A stretch of DNA of 45,602 nucleotides, taken from NCBI GenBank assembly GCA_050262615.1, contig JBLNEL010000119.1, positions 1-45,602 of the forward strand. The letters run 5' to 3'. The notes beneath the pieces were generated by a model. The model made no database searches, was not told where the DNA came from, and was given only the letters and a program-made list of their open reading frames with translations. Below are positions 28,940 through 39,121 of this stretch, piece after piece (positions within the stretch are counted from its first letter, which is position 1; each line of letters opens with the position of its first letter). Origin of the DNA: Bacillota bacterium. Lineage in GTDB: Bacteria > Bacteroidota > Ignavibacteria > Ignavibacteriales > SURF-24. The translations under genes and the position numbers were made by a program.

Positions 28940-31057
28940 TTAACGGCGTGTAAGTCTCCCGTTGCTCCTTACTGCAAAACCGCCTGACTGCGTTAACCTG
29001 CCTGCTGATGAGGAGGACCGCTCAGACTCATCACCAAGCCTGAACCTGCTTATTAGTTCCTGCAGGTTTACTGTAAGACGGTTTAAGTCCTCTGCTGCCC
29101 TTGCTATCTGCTCAGTACCTGCAGCACTTTGCTGCGTAACACTCGAGATACCTTCCATGCTTTTACTTATCTGATCGGCTCCTGAGGACATCTCCTCAGT
29201 GGCACTTACTGCCTGGTGTGAAAGACTTGAGGATTTGTTTACATCATCTATTATTTCCTTTAATGCTTCGCCCGAACTGTATGCATACGCCTTGCCCTTT
29301 TCTACCTCTTCATTTCCTTCCCTTATTGCCTCTACCGCAAGTATAGTGTCAGACTGTATCTTGCTTATCATCTGGGCTATCTCCTTTGTGGCTTTTATTG
29401 TTCTTTCAGCAAGCTTTCTGACCTCATCGGCCACAACTGCAAAGCCCCGCCCCTGTTCACCTGCCCGGGCTGCCTCAATTGCAGCATTTAATGCAAGTAA
29501 GTTTGTCTGATCTGCAATGTCATCAATTACCTGTATAATTTCACCTATCTGATTGCTGCTTTCTCCTAAGGCTTCAATTGTCGAGGATGCTTTTGTTACA
29601 ACCACCTCAATCTGGTTCATTCCTTCAATTGTCTTATCTACTACTTTACCTCCCTCAATTGCCCGCTTTTCTGCTCCTTTTAACGTCTCTGCAACTGTCG
29701 AAGCCCCTTTTGAAGTCTCATATATCATCTTAGATAATTCTTCTACGGCACTGGCTACTTCAGTTGTCTGCTGAGACTGCTCCTGACTTCCTGCTGCCAT
29801 TTCTTCACTTGAACTTGAGATCTCGGTTGCTGCGCTTGCTGTTGCATGGACAGCCTCATTTACTTCTCTTAATGCGTAATTCATTTCTTCTGCAAGCTGA
29901 TTTATACTGTTCTTTATTATCTGATGATCTCCTTTGTAGTTCCCTTTTACTCTTACCGTCAGATCACCCTTAGCCATTACTTCAAGAACATCGCTGCCTT
30001 CTTTTACTGGAAGTATAACTGCATCTAATGTGGCATTTACTCCGTGAACTATCTCCCTGAAACCCCCGCTGAATTTTTCTTCACTGCCCCTTACACTTAG
30101 CCTTCCCTCAACAGCGGCTTCTGTTAGCCTTGATGTTTCACTTATAAGTTCACGTACTGTCGATGTCAGCTTATTGAGCACAGGCGCTATTTCATCATCT
30201 TTGTCTGAAGCTTTTGAAACATAGCTTACATCCCCTGAGGCTATTTTATTCAGCACCCCGCATATGTTTTCATCTACCAGATGAGCAAAATTGTCCAGGA
30301 CCCTTCCCATCTCTCCTAATTCATCATTTGTCTGAACGTTTGCCCTTACCTTGATGTGCCCCTTGATCATTTCATTGGCCATGTTAAGCACTTTGTTTAA
30401 TTCTTTTTTAATTACCTTTGCAATTAAATAGCTTAGCGTAAACGCCCCGGCTGTGCCTGTAATAACAAGTATAATTAGCATTAGACTTGCCTTTTTTACA
30501 TCCCCTTCTGTTTCCAGATGAGCTTTGTTGCCTGCATTTACATTTATTGCAACCAGCGCTTTAAGCGTTGGCCTGCATATGTTAAGGTAATCCCTGGCTT
30601 TTGTATCAAGCAGCACAATGGCTTCCTGGTTCTTCTCCTGGAATATTAAGTCTGACGCCTTCAGCACTTGCTCCAGATAACCAGTCCATGCACTCTTAAA
30701 CAAAGATAGTGTGTCTTCTTCAGATTTAAGTAGATTCGTTTTACTGTAATCATCTAAGAGCTGATCAATCTCTTTTGCTTCCTTTTTAATTGATTTCAGC
30801 CATTTTTCTTTTCCTTCATTTGTGGTCTCAAGTAACATCAGCCTTATATCCCCCCGGATTGCAATCAGATCAGAATACGCCGTGCCAAGATCCTGTATCG
30901 GCACTACACTGTTGTAATACAAATCTTCTGTATTATTGCTGAATTTCGACAGGTATGAATAAGCTGTCAGCGCTACTACTAGACTTACCAGCACAACAAA
31001 CACGTTGCCTGTAAGTATTTTGGCCATTATCTTAAGATTGAAAAACCACTTTTGCAT
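28940..31057 (-). CDS. Methyl-accepting chemotaxis protein (four-helix-bundle sensor, multiple HAMP domains)
   Basis: Two TM helices, HAMP (DELGEM), signalling hairpin [38 protein letters not shown]. Confidence 0.96.
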   Translation of the reverse strand: MQKWFFNLKIMAKILTGNVFVVLVSLVVALTAYSYLSKFSNNTEDLYYNSVVPIQDLGTAYSDLIAIRGDIRLMLLETTNEGKEKWLKSIKKEAKEIDQLLDDYSKTNLLKSEEDTLSLFKSAWTGYLEQVLKASDLIFQEKNQEAIVLLDTKARDYLNICRPTLKALVAINVNAGNKAHLETEGDVKKASLMLIILVITGTAGAFTLSYLIAKVIKKELNKVLNMANEMIKGHIKVRANVQTNDELGEMGRVLDNFAHLVDENICGVLNKIASGDVSYVSKASDKDDEIAPVLNKLTSTVRELISETSRLTEAAVEGRLSVRGSEEKFSGGFREIVHGVNATLDAVILPVKEGSDVLEVMAKGDLTVRVKGNYKGDHQIIKNSINQLAEEMNYALREVNEAVHATASAATEISSSSEEMAAGSQEQSQQTTEVASAVEELSKMIYETSKGASTVAETLKGAEKRAIEGGKVVDKTIEGMNQIEVVVTKASSTIEALGESSNQIGEIIQVIDDIADQTNLLALNAAIEAARAGEQGRGFAVVADEVRKLAERTIKATKEIAQMISKIQSDTILAVEAIREGNEEVEKGKAYAYSSGEALKEIIDDVNKSSSLSHQAVSATEEMSSGADQISKSMEGISSVTQQSAAGTEQIARAAEDLNRLTVNLQELISRFRLGDESERSSSSAGRLTQSGGFAVRSNGRLTRR

Positions 31058-31147
31058 AATATTCCTCTTGTTTGCCTTAGTTTTAACCGGATTTGAGAAT
31101 TTTGCCTGAAATATTAAAAGCTAAGATCCTCCTTTTTTTTAACCAAA

Positions 31148-31171
31148 AAAATACCTAGTTATAGGTATTTT
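31148..31171. promoter_or_regulatory. Palindromic operator candidate upstream of the MCP gene
   Basis: AAAATACCTA-gtta-TAGGTATTTT, perfect 10-bp arms about 90 bp upstream of the start; the core is a 7-2-7 TACCTAG-tt-ATAGGTA. Confidence 0.5.
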
Positions 31172-31260
31172 AAGAAGAATTTAGGGTATAATTTTAGTAG
31201 CAAAGTAAATGTAATTAGAATTAAAATGTTTTTAGGTATGATGAGCTTAACTACTATAAC

Positions 31261-31300
31261 TATCAGAGCGGAACCCTGTGCCGCCCGTTCCGCTCTGATA
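31261..31300 (-). terminator. Strong hairpin ending the nuo operon
   Basis: TATCAGAGCGGAAC-12 nt-GTTCCGCTCTGATA, a 14-bp perfect stem 22 bp after the nuoN stop; weak U tract. Confidence 0.75.
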
Positions 31301-31322
31301 ACAACATTACTCTTTCGTGTGT

Positions 31323-32900
31323 TTATCTTAGCGTGGTATTTGTAGGTATTACCGAGCCTGAAATGCTTGATACCATCTCTTTTATCAGCTGCACAACATC
31401 ATGCGGATATACCCCCACATAGATCAGTGCAAGCACCATAGCTGCAAGCACAATTCCGCCGCCAAGTGAAACAGGATAATGACCAAGCGGCTCTTTCCTT
31501 GTTACTTCAGAAGCCGGAGGCCTGCTTACTCCTGCATCTGAAGCTGCAGTCTTCCGTGTCACCTCAGGGGTTGTAGCCGATTGATGGGTCTGTACTTCTT
31601 TAACTTCATCTATAACCGGGCGGTACATTACAACTATTATCCTTAGGTAATAATAAACACTTATTGCACTGTTAACGACAAGTATTATAACCGGCAGCCA
31701 TAGAAACTTATTTATTGCTGCCGAAACTAAATAAAACTTTCCTATAAAGCCTGCCGTAAGCGGTATGCCCGCTAACGACATAAGCATGGCTGTAAATACT
31801 GTGGCTACAAGCGGACGAGTCCAGTATAAACCCCTGTAATCTTCAATGTCTTCGGCATCCCTTAGCTTTCCTGATAATACGGTCACAATTCCAAATGTTC
31901 CAAGCGAAGTAATAATGTAGGCTACTAAATAAAACGTCGTGGCTTCAACTGCCATATTGCCGCCAGCAAGAAATGCCACAAATAAATAGCCAAGATGTGC
32001 AATCGAAGAATAAGCAAGTATCCTTTTTACATTGTTCTGCATAAGAGCAAGAAAGTTTCCAGTGAACATTGAAGCAATTGCAATTACTGTAAAAAGTATC
32101 ATTAAGGAATTGTAACGGTAGCCGTTTACCATTGTGAAAAACCTCAGCCAAAGCCCGAACATTCCTGCCTTCGATACTGTGGCAACAAATGCTGTAACCG
32201 GGGCAGGAGCACCCTGGTAAACATCCGGAGTCCACATGTGAAACGGCGCAAGCGCTAGCTTAAAGCCGACGGCAATTACCATCATAGAAAGCCCTGAAAG
32301 TATTAACATCCCGGCACCTGAACTCTGCAGCCTTTCGCCAAGCTGCGCAAATTCCATTGTGCCTGTAGATGCATATACTAATGCCATACCAAAAAGCAGA
32401 AAGGCCGATGATGCGGCTGCTAAAACTAAATACTTCAGCCCCGCTTCAACACACTCGCGCCTTTCTTTTAAGTAAGATACCATCGCATAGAGCGATACAC
32501 TTAAAACTTCAAGACTCATAAAAAACGATATAAAATGTGAAGCCGATGCCATGGCACACGCACCCAGACTTGCAGTTGTAAGCAGTACATAAAATTCCTC
32601 CTGCTCTTCTTCCTGAGCTTTGAAATAACTGTATGAAAGCACTGCCACAGCAAAACTTGCTATTATTATAAGCCCCCAGTAAAATAAAGCATAATTATCA
32701 ATTATAAATACCGGGACTATCTGCTTCGGCAGCATGCCTCTTACAACAAAAAGTGAAATAAAGGCTGCAGTAAAACCAATCAGAGTAAATGTAAAGGTAA
32801 GCTTATGATCCCTGTATATTGCAATTAATAGCATATCAAGGATCGAAAAGCCTGCAATTATCATAAGTGGCAGCAATGAATATAACGCTTCTGTTGTCAT
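31323..32900 (-). CDS. nuoN: NADH-quinone oxidoreductase subunit N
   Basis: EAGLKY, FKLALAPFHMWTPDVYQGAP, KRILAYSSIAH, SLAGIPLTAGFIGKF; last gene of the operon. Confidence 0.95.
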   Translation of the reverse strand: MTTEALYSLLPLMIIAGFSILDMLLIAIYRDHKLTFTFTLIGFTAAFISLFVVRGMLPKQIVPVFIIDNYALFYWGLIIIASFAVAVLSYSYFKAQEEEQEEFYVLLTTASLGACAMASASHFISFFMSLEVLSVSLYAMVSYLKERRECVEAGLKYLVLAAASSAFLLFGMALVYASTGTMEFAQLGERLQSSGAGMLILSGLSMMVIAVGFKLALAPFHMWTPDVYQGAPAPVTAFVATVSKAGMFGLWLRFFTMVNGYRYNSLMILFTVIAIASMFTGNFLALMQNNVKRILAYSSIAHLGYLFVAFLAGGNMAVEATTFYLVAYIITSLGTFGIVTVLSGKLRDAEDIEDYRGLYWTRPLVATVFTAMLMSLAGIPLTAGFIGKFYLVSAAINKFLWLPVIILVVNSAISVYYYLRIIVVMYRPVIDEVKEVQTHQSATTPEVTRKTAASDAGVSRPPASEVTRKEPLGHYPVSLGGGIVLAAMVLALIYVGVYPHDVVQLIKEMVSSISGSVIPTNTTLR

Positions 32901-34498
32901 TATTGCTTACCTCCTTTTACTCCCGTTTCTCTCAGAGCGCTCTTTTGTGCGTCTTTTTCCTCCGGATATATCTTATAAATACTTCCTGTCCCGGCAGACT
33001 TTGAATTTACATTTTCCATCACGTTTTTGATCGAAGGCCTTGAGGTGTAAAGAACATAATTCGGGAAAAGCCCCAGCCATACTATTACAATTACCAGCGA
33101 TCCCATTATTATTAGTTCTCTTGTGTTAAAATCAGTAAGTTTCCATTCCCTTACAGGCTTGCCATAGAATACTTTTGCCATTATTCGCAATGAGTATATC
33201 GTTGAAAGTACAAGTCCTACGGTTGCAAAGACCGTTATCCAGTTATTTGCCTGATAGGCTCCTGCAAGCACTAGAAATTCTGCAATAAAATTCCCCAGCC
33301 CCGGAAGTCCTAACGAGGCTAAAGCAAAGACAAGCCCAATTGCCCCCATCCTCGGCACTTTATCCCAGAGCCCTCCCATTATATTGATGTCTCTTGTGTG
33401 TATCCTCTCATAAAGAGCACCCACTAAGATAAATAAGGCGCCTGTGCTTATACCATGACATATCATCTGCATCACTACACCTTGTAAAGCCATTTCGTTT
33501 AGCGCAAATACACCAAGCATAACAAATCCCATATGGTTCACACTGGTATAAGCCACAAGACGCTTAAAGTCTGTTTGCGAGAATGCAAGTATTGCCCCGT
33601 AAAGTATCCCCACAACTCCTATTATCATCGCAGCAGGCGCAAACTCTTTTACTGCTCCGGGAAATAACGGCAGCACAAACCTTATAAGCCCATAGGCTCC
33701 TGTCTTAAGCATCAGACCTGCTAATATTACACTGCCTGCCGTAGGCGCTTCGGTGTGCGCATCGGGCAGCCAGTTGTGGAAGGGAACTGCCGGAAGCTTT
33801 ACAATAAATGCTATTACAAATCCCGCCATTAACCACATTGCTGCAGTCGGCGAAAGATTTGTGCCTAAGAGCTGCATGTAATCAAATGTAAATGTGCCTG
33901 TAGTTTTTCCGTGAATAAAATATAAAGCCAGTATTGCAATGAACATCAACAGCCCGCTTGCCTGCGTAAATATGAAGAACTTGAACGATGCATATATCCT
34001 GTTTTCATGCCCCCAGATCCCTATTAGAAAATACATCGGTATCAGCATTACTTCCCAGAAGAAATAAAACAGGAACAAGTCAATTGCTGTAAATACTCCT
34101 ATTATACCGGCTAATATCCACAATAAATTAAAGTGGAAAAACCCCACCTTGTATTCAATTTCCCTCCATGAAATTAAAAGGGATGATATTCCTAAAAATA
34201 ACGTCAGCAATATCATAAGTATGCTCAGCCCGTCTGCTGCCAGATGAAAACTGATGCCGAAAGACGGAACCCACGACCAGTTTATCTCTGTAAACCACAA
34301 CCCCCGGTTTCCCGTAGGATTAAAGTTGTTCATGCCGCTGCCTGCTGAAGTCTGTGCCCAGAAAAATATCGCTATTATAAAATCAATAATCAGTATTACA
34401 AGCGATATCCACCTTGGAGCCATATCGCTCCAGCGCGATGATAACCAGGCCAGGAAACTTCCTGCCATCAATATTATTATTAACCAAAGTAGTATCAT
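32900..34498 (-). CDS. nuoM: NADH-quinone oxidoreductase subunit M
   Basis: Start MILLWL at 34498 (ATGA overlap with the nuoL stop); FFWEVMLIPMYF, WLPDAHTEAPTAGS, KRLVAYTSVNHMG. Confidence 0.95.
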   Translation of the reverse strand: MILLWLIIILMAGSFLAWLSSRWSDMAPRWISLVILIIDFIIAIFFWAQTSAGSGMNNFNPTGNRGLWFTEINWSWVPSFGISFHLAADGLSILMILLTLFLGISSLLISWREIEYKVGFFHFNLLWILAGIIGVFTAIDLFLFYFFWEVMLIPMYFLIGIWGHENRIYASFKFFIFTQASGLLMFIAILALYFIHGKTTGTFTFDYMQLLGTNLSPTAAMWLMAGFVIAFIVKLPAVPFHNWLPDAHTEAPTAGSVILAGLMLKTGAYGLIRFVLPLFPGAVKEFAPAAMIIGVVGILYGAILAFSQTDFKRLVAYTSVNHMGFVMLGVFALNEMALQGVVMQMICHGISTGALFILVGALYERIHTRDINIMGGLWDKVPRMGAIGLVFALASLGLPGLGNFIAEFLVLAGAYQANNWITVFATVGLVLSTIYSLRIMAKVFYGKPVREWKLTDFNTRELIIMGSLVIVIVWLGLFPNYVLYTSRPSIKNVMENVNSKSAGTGSIYKIYPEEKDAQKSALRETGVKGGKQ

Positions 34499-36390
34499 AG
34501 GAACACCGCTATTGTTAAGGCTACGATTGCACCGAATGCTATACCCATTGCATACCACCTGATCCTGCCGGTCTGAGAAACACTGAAGATACGGTTGAAC
34601 TGCCTGGTCAGCCATGCAATGCCGGTATAAATTAGATCAATAATATCATTTTTGTTTACATTGGCTATCCATACAATTGGCTTTACTATCACGTGATCAT
34701 ATAGCCAGTCGAAACCCCAGCCTGAAAACCAGAATTTATATAAGCCCTGCCCTGTAGGCGAAGTCTTAAATTCCTTAAGCGTATCGGGCTTCTTATAGTA
34801 AAGCCACCATGCAATTAAAACTCCTCCGATTGAAACTATAGCTGCTATAAGCTGAAGCATAAGCTCTGTACTTACTGCTCCTTCTTCACCCGTAGCCGGA
34901 AGAACCGTGTGCATGAACTCTGAGAATAATGGCAGATGCCCTAATGTCCTCGGCAGCTCAATAAATCCGCCTATTGTTGAAAGCACTGCCAGAATGATAA
35001 GCGGAATTTCCATCCTCCCGCCCGGCTTATGATGTAAATGTGTTTTTTCATGCCCGTAAAAAGTAAGAAAGACCATGCGCCCTGTATATATTGCCGTGAT
35101 CAGAGCTCCGAAGATTCCTGCAAAGTAGAGGACCTTGCTTCCATGCTCACCTGTAAATGCATGATAAAGTATAAGATCTTTGCTGTAAAACCCTCCTGTA
35201 ACTAGCGGAAGAGCAGCCAGCGAGCCACTCCCTATTACAAACGTCCAGAAGGTCACAGGAAGCATGTTCTTTACTCCCCCCATCTTGAACATGTTCTGCT
35301 CATGATGCAGCGCATATATAACGGCCCCGGCACCAAGAAAAAGCAGCGCCTTAAAGAAAGCATGTATCATAAAATGAAATACCCCGGCAGACCACGCACC
35401 TACACCTAAGGCTAAAAACATATAACCTATCTGACTGATGGTTGAATAAGCCAGCACTTTCTTTATATCATATTGAGTAATTGCTGTAAACCCCGCAATT
35501 AAAAGCGTAAGTGCACCTATTATTCCAACAAGCATCATTATCTCGGGCGCCTGAAGAAATATTACGTTTGTGCGCGCAATTAAATATACCCCGGCTGTAA
35601 CCATCGTTGCCGCATGTATAAGAGCACTGACTGGCGTCGGACCTGCCATTGCATCCGGAAGCCAGGTCTGCAATGGAAGCTGCGCACTTTTACCTACTGC
35701 ACCGCCTAAGAGCATTAGAGCCGTTATTACTACTGCCTGCGAGCTCACTGGCCATGTGAGCGGTACACGGTGAAGTATTTCCTGAATGTTTAAAGTGCCG
35801 AATGTCATTACCAGTATAAAAAGCCCTATCGCCATTGCCGTGTCACCCACACGCGTTACAACAAATGCCTTCCTGGCTGCAGCCCCGTTCTCTGGGTCCC
35901 GGTACCAGTAGCCTATTAATAGATAACTGCATAAACCCACTCCTTCCCATCCTAAATAAAGAAGCAGCAGGTTATCGGCTAATACCAGCGTGAGCATCGC
36001 TCCTACAAACAGATTCATATATGCAAAAAACCTTGCATACCAGGTCGGATCTTCTTCCTCCATATATTGAGTCGAATACAGGTGGATCAGAAAACCAACA
36101 AATGTTACAACAAATATAAATACCAGCGACATCGAATCTAAATGAAAGGCTATCGCCGGATTAAAGCCCGCTGCATCTACCCACGTCCAGAGCGTCTGTA
36201 CAAACTTGTGACCTTCCGGTGGAGATGATAGAAAACTTATTCCAATTAATATTGTTATAACTGCCGATAAGGCCATCGAGCCTACGCCTATCGTGGCTGA
36301 GAGACTTTTTGACATCCTGCCGCCGAAAAAAGCTAAAATAATATAGCCCAGAAACGGCAATGCGGGAACAATCCATAACAGTTCAAGCAT
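34495..36390 (-). CDS. nuoL: NADH-quinone oxidoreductase subunit L
   Basis: GWEGVGLCSYLLIG, GKSAQLPLQTWLPDAMAGPTPVSALIHAATMV, HAFFKALLF. Confidence 0.96.
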   Translation of the reverse strand: MLELLWIVPALPFLGYIILAFFGGRMSKSLSATIGVGSMALSAVITILIGISFLSSPPEGHKFVQTLWTWVDAAGFNPAIAFHLDSMSLVFIFVVTFVGFLIHLYSTQYMEEEDPTWYARFFAYMNLFVGAMLTLVLADNLLLLYLGWEGVGLCSYLLIGYWYRDPENGAAARKAFVVTRVGDTAMAIGLFILVMTFGTLNIQEILHRVPLTWPVSSQAVVITALMLLGGAVGKSAQLPLQTWLPDAMAGPTPVSALIHAATMVTAGVYLIARTNVIFLQAPEIMMLVGIIGALTLLIAGFTAITQYDIKKVLAYSTISQIGYMFLALGVGAWSAGVFHFMIHAFFKALLFLGAGAVIYALHHEQNMFKMGGVKNMLPVTFWTFVIGSGSLAALPLVTGGFYSKDLILYHAFTGEHGSKVLYFAGIFGALITAIYTGRMVFLTFYGHEKTHLHHKPGGRMEIPLIILAVLSTIGGFIELPRTLGHLPLFSEFMHTVLPATGEEGAVSTELMLQLIAAIVSIGGVLIAWWLYYKKPDTLKEFKTSPTGQGLYKFWFSGWGFDWLYDHVIVKPIVWIANVNKNDIIDLIYTGIAWLTRQFNRIFSVSQTGRIRWYAMGIAFGAIVALTIAVFL

Positions 36391-36393
36391 ACC

Positions 36394-36702
36394 TTAACCT
36401 CTCATATTATGTGCTGCATCGGCATCAAGCGTTTTGAACTTCCTGTGTAATAGTATGATCAGTGCAAGCGCTACAGATACCTCAGCTGCCGCCATTGCTA
36501 GTATAAAAACAAACATTACCTGCCCTTCCGGCTGCGACCACCTTGACCCTGCTACTATAAATGCCAGCCCTGCGGCATTAAGCATTACTTCAACCGACAT
36601 TAGTATAAATACAATGTTCCTGCGCGAAAGCAGCCCTATTAACCCTAGAAGAAAAAGCACTGTTGCAAGTATCAGCCCGTGCTCCATTGGTATGGTATTC
36701 AT
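36394..36702 (-). CDS. nuoK: NADH-quinone oxidoreductase subunit K
   Basis: 102 aa; [31 protein letters not shown]. Confidence 0.95.
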   Translation of the reverse strand: MNTIPMEHGLILATVLFLLGLIGLLSRRNIVFILMSVEVMLNAAGLAFIVAGSRWSQPEGQVMFVFILAMAAAEVSVALALIILLHRKFKTLDADAAHNMRG

Positions 36703-37355
36703 ATAGACCCTCTCTGACTAAGATCGGCCCCTGGCAGATTAGCTCCGCTCATATTCCTCTCTGGCATCGAAGTATCACTCTCATTTAATCCTGTCTCTAT
36801 TACTTTATTTTCACCTGTTGGCTTAAATCCCTCTACTTCACCCCTGAAATAACGGTGAATAACTACGTCCTTCCTTCTGCCTAAGTGATAAGCTCCTATA
36901 ATCCCTGCAAGCAGAAGCATTGCTGCCAGCTCAACTACAAGCATGTAGCTTGTAAAAAGCGAAATGCCTACCTGTCGAGGCTGAATGATATTTGTATTTA
37001 CTCCTGCTCCCGGGGAAGATATCAGTACGTATACAAACTCTGCTAATAATACTGCAGATAGTATTGCCGGACCTATCCATATCTTTGGATTGAACCAGGT
37101 GTTCTCCTGCTCTGTTGCCTGCGGCCCCAGATTAAGCATCATGACCACGAAGACAAACAGTACCATGATAGCACCAGCATAAACTATAACTTCTAGCGCC
37201 GCTACAAAAGGTGCACCCAGCATAAAGAAAACAACAGCAGCCGAAAGAAGCGAAACAATCAGGTATAAGAGTGCATGTATTGCATTAAGCCTGGTTATTA
37301 CCATTACTGTTGATGCAATTGCAGCAATTGATGCGATATAAAAAACTATATTCAT
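36699..37355 (-). CDS. nuoJ: NADH-quinone oxidoreductase subunit J
   Basis: [39 protein letters not shown]; long hydrophilic C-tail. Confidence 0.95.
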   Translation of the reverse strand: MNIVFYIASIAAIASTVMVITRLNAIHALLYLIVSLLSAAVVFFMLGAPFVAALEVIVYAGAIMVLFVFVVMMLNLGPQATEQENTWFNPKIWIGPAILSAVLLAEFVYVLISSPGAGVNTNIIQPRQVGISLFTSYMLVVELAAMLLLAGIIGAYHLGRRKDVVIHRYFRGEVEGFKPTGENKVIETGLNESDTSMPERNMSGANLPGADLSQRGSI

Positions 37356-37372
37356 TTTCCACCTTCAGTATT

Positions 37373-37397
37373 CCGGCTGATTAAATAATTCAGCCGG
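37373..37397. other. Intercistronic hairpin between nuoI and nuoJ
   Basis: CCGGCTGA-ttaaataat-TCAGCCGG, 17 nt upstream of the nuoJ start. Confidence 0.6.
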
Positions 37398-37481
37398 CGA
37401 AAACTGCTTTGTTATTTATTTTTCCGTCCTAAGCTTGCTATATCTGATCCTTCAAAAAAAATTCTTTTCAGGTAAATTTTT

Positions 37482-38000
37482 TCAGGGTAAAAGTGAACGC
37501 AGATCAACCGGCGGATCTTCTTCGATTGCTTCACCTTTGCCTTTGCCGCCTATTGCCAGACCTGAAACCCTGTAAAAGTTGTAATCATGATATTTTCCCG
37601 TCCCGCTTATCAACAGATTCTCCTTTTCGTAAACCATGTTCTGCCGTACATATTCACTCATCTCATACTCAGGCGTAAGCTGTATTGCATATGTCGGACA
37701 TGCCTCTTCACAGAACCCGCAGAATATGCAGCGCGAAAAGTTGATCCTGAAAAATTCAGGATACCTTCTTCCTGTCTCATCCTGCGTCGCCTGAAGCGAT
37801 ATGCAGTCAACCGGACATGCCACGGCACATAGATAACATGCAACACACCGCTCCTGCCCGTCCGGATCACGCGTCAAAACAATCCGCCCTCTCCACCTTG
37901 CAGGAAGCTTTGCCTTTTCTTCAGGATATTCTATCGTAACCGGCTTACGGAAAAGATGAAGGAATGTAAGCCATATTGTCCTTAAATTGCTTAATATCAT
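37482..38000 (-). CDS. nuoI: NADH-quinone oxidoreductase subunit I
   Basis: Two 4Fe-4S motifs, [12 protein letters not shown] and [12 protein letters not shown]; [11 protein letters not shown]. Confidence 0.96.
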   Translation of the reverse strand: MILSNLRTIWLTFLHLFRKPVTIEYPEEKAKLPARWRGRIVLTRDPDGQERCVACYLCAVACPVDCISLQATQDETGRRYPEFFRINFSRCIFCGFCEEACPTYAIQLTPEYEMSEYVRQNMVYEKENLLISGTGKYHDYNFYRVSGLAIGGKGKGEAIEEDPPVDLRSLLP

Positions 38001-38045
38001 CTCTTACCTTTCTTTCGTTAAACTCTGAATACTAAATCCTGAACA

Positions 38046-38090
38046 AATACTAAGTTCAATACTAAGTTCAATACTAAGTTCAATACTAAG
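38046..38090. repeat. 12-bp tandem repeat AATACTAAGTTC (3.75 copies) between nuoH and nuoI
   Basis: Read directly; a second, degenerate AAATTCCCC... duplication follows at 38106-38151. Confidence 0.9.
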
Positions 38091-38160
38091 CCTAAACTCA
38101 ATTAAAAATTCCCCGCTTGGAAATTCCCCCAACCTTGAGACTTCCGCATTGAAGTAAGAT

Positions 38161-39120
38161 CTATTTTGCCAGCAGCACCACCGCTCCTGTTACTACCAGA
38201 TTTAATAGTGACAAGGGAAGTAAAAACTTCCAGCCATAGGACATTAACTGGTCATACCTCGGACGGGGCAGGGCTGCCCTTAAAAGCACAAACACCAGAA
38301 TAAACACAGCAAGCTTTAGGAAAAACCAGACTACTCCCGGTAAAAATGCAGGACCTAACCAGCCTCCGAAAAATAGCGTTACTACCATCGCTGAAATTAG
38401 CGTTATGCCTAGATACTCTCCAACGAAAAACATCCCGAACTTCATGCCTGAATATTCTGAGTGAAACCCTGATATTAACTCGCTTTCAGCCTCTGGAAGG
38501 TCAAACGGCAAACGGTGTGTCTCTGCTATGCCCGCAATAAAGAAAACAAAAAATCCAATTATCTGCGGAATAATAAACCACGTGCTCTTTGCCTGTGCCA
38601 ATACTATATCGTTTAAGTTAAATGACCCGGCTAGTATTACTACTCCCATCAGCGATAAGCCCATAAATACTTCATAGGATATCATCTGCGCCGCTGCCCT
38701 TAAGGCGCCAAGCAGCGAATATTTATTGTTCGATGCCCACCCGCCTAAGACAACACTGTATACTCCGAGTGACGACATGCCGAGGAAGAATAATACACCA
38801 ATATTAAAGTCTGTTACAACTATTCCCGGGGCAAATGGAATAACTGCAAAACTCATAAGCACGGTTGTAATAACTATTGTCGGCGCAATAAAGAAAACCG
38901 GACGGTCTGCAAATTTAGGTATCCAGTCTTCCTTAAAGAAGATCTTTATCATATCGGCTATTACCTGCATAAGTCCAAACGGTCCTACTCGGTTCGGCCC
39001 CAGACGGTCCTGCCATAATGCAAGCATACGCCGCTCAACCCAGATAAGATTTGCTGCAATGGTCATAAGGACAAGCAGCACAACTACTGTAATTATCAGT
39101 ACATAAAGTAAAGGGCTCAT
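38161..39120 (-). CDS. nuoH: NADH-quinone oxidoreductase subunit H
   Basis: [51 protein letters not shown]. Confidence 0.96.
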   Translation of the reverse strand: MSPLLYVLIITVVVLLVLMTIAANLIWVERRMLALWQDRLGPNRVGPFGLMQVIADMIKIFFKEDWIPKFADRPVFFIAPTIVITTVLMSFAVIPFAPGIVVTDFNIGVLFFLGMSSLGVYSVVLGGWASNNKYSLLGALRAAAQMISYEVFMGLSLMGVVILAGSFNLNDIVLAQAKSTWFIIPQIIGFFVFFIAGIAETHRLPFDLPEAESELISGFHSEYSGMKFGMFFVGEYLGITLISAMVVTLFFGGWLGPAFLPGVVWFFLKLAVFILVFVLLRAALPRPRYDQLMSYGWKFLLPLSLLNLVVTGAVVLLAK

Positions 39121-39121
39121 C

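Noticed and set aside
34499-34615. N-terminal extensions in the ORF track for nuoM (also rpiB, the deacetylase, the PEGA protein and both T9SS proteins)
   Set aside because: They overlap neighbours or precede clear signal peptides and RBS sites; the downstream starts fit better.
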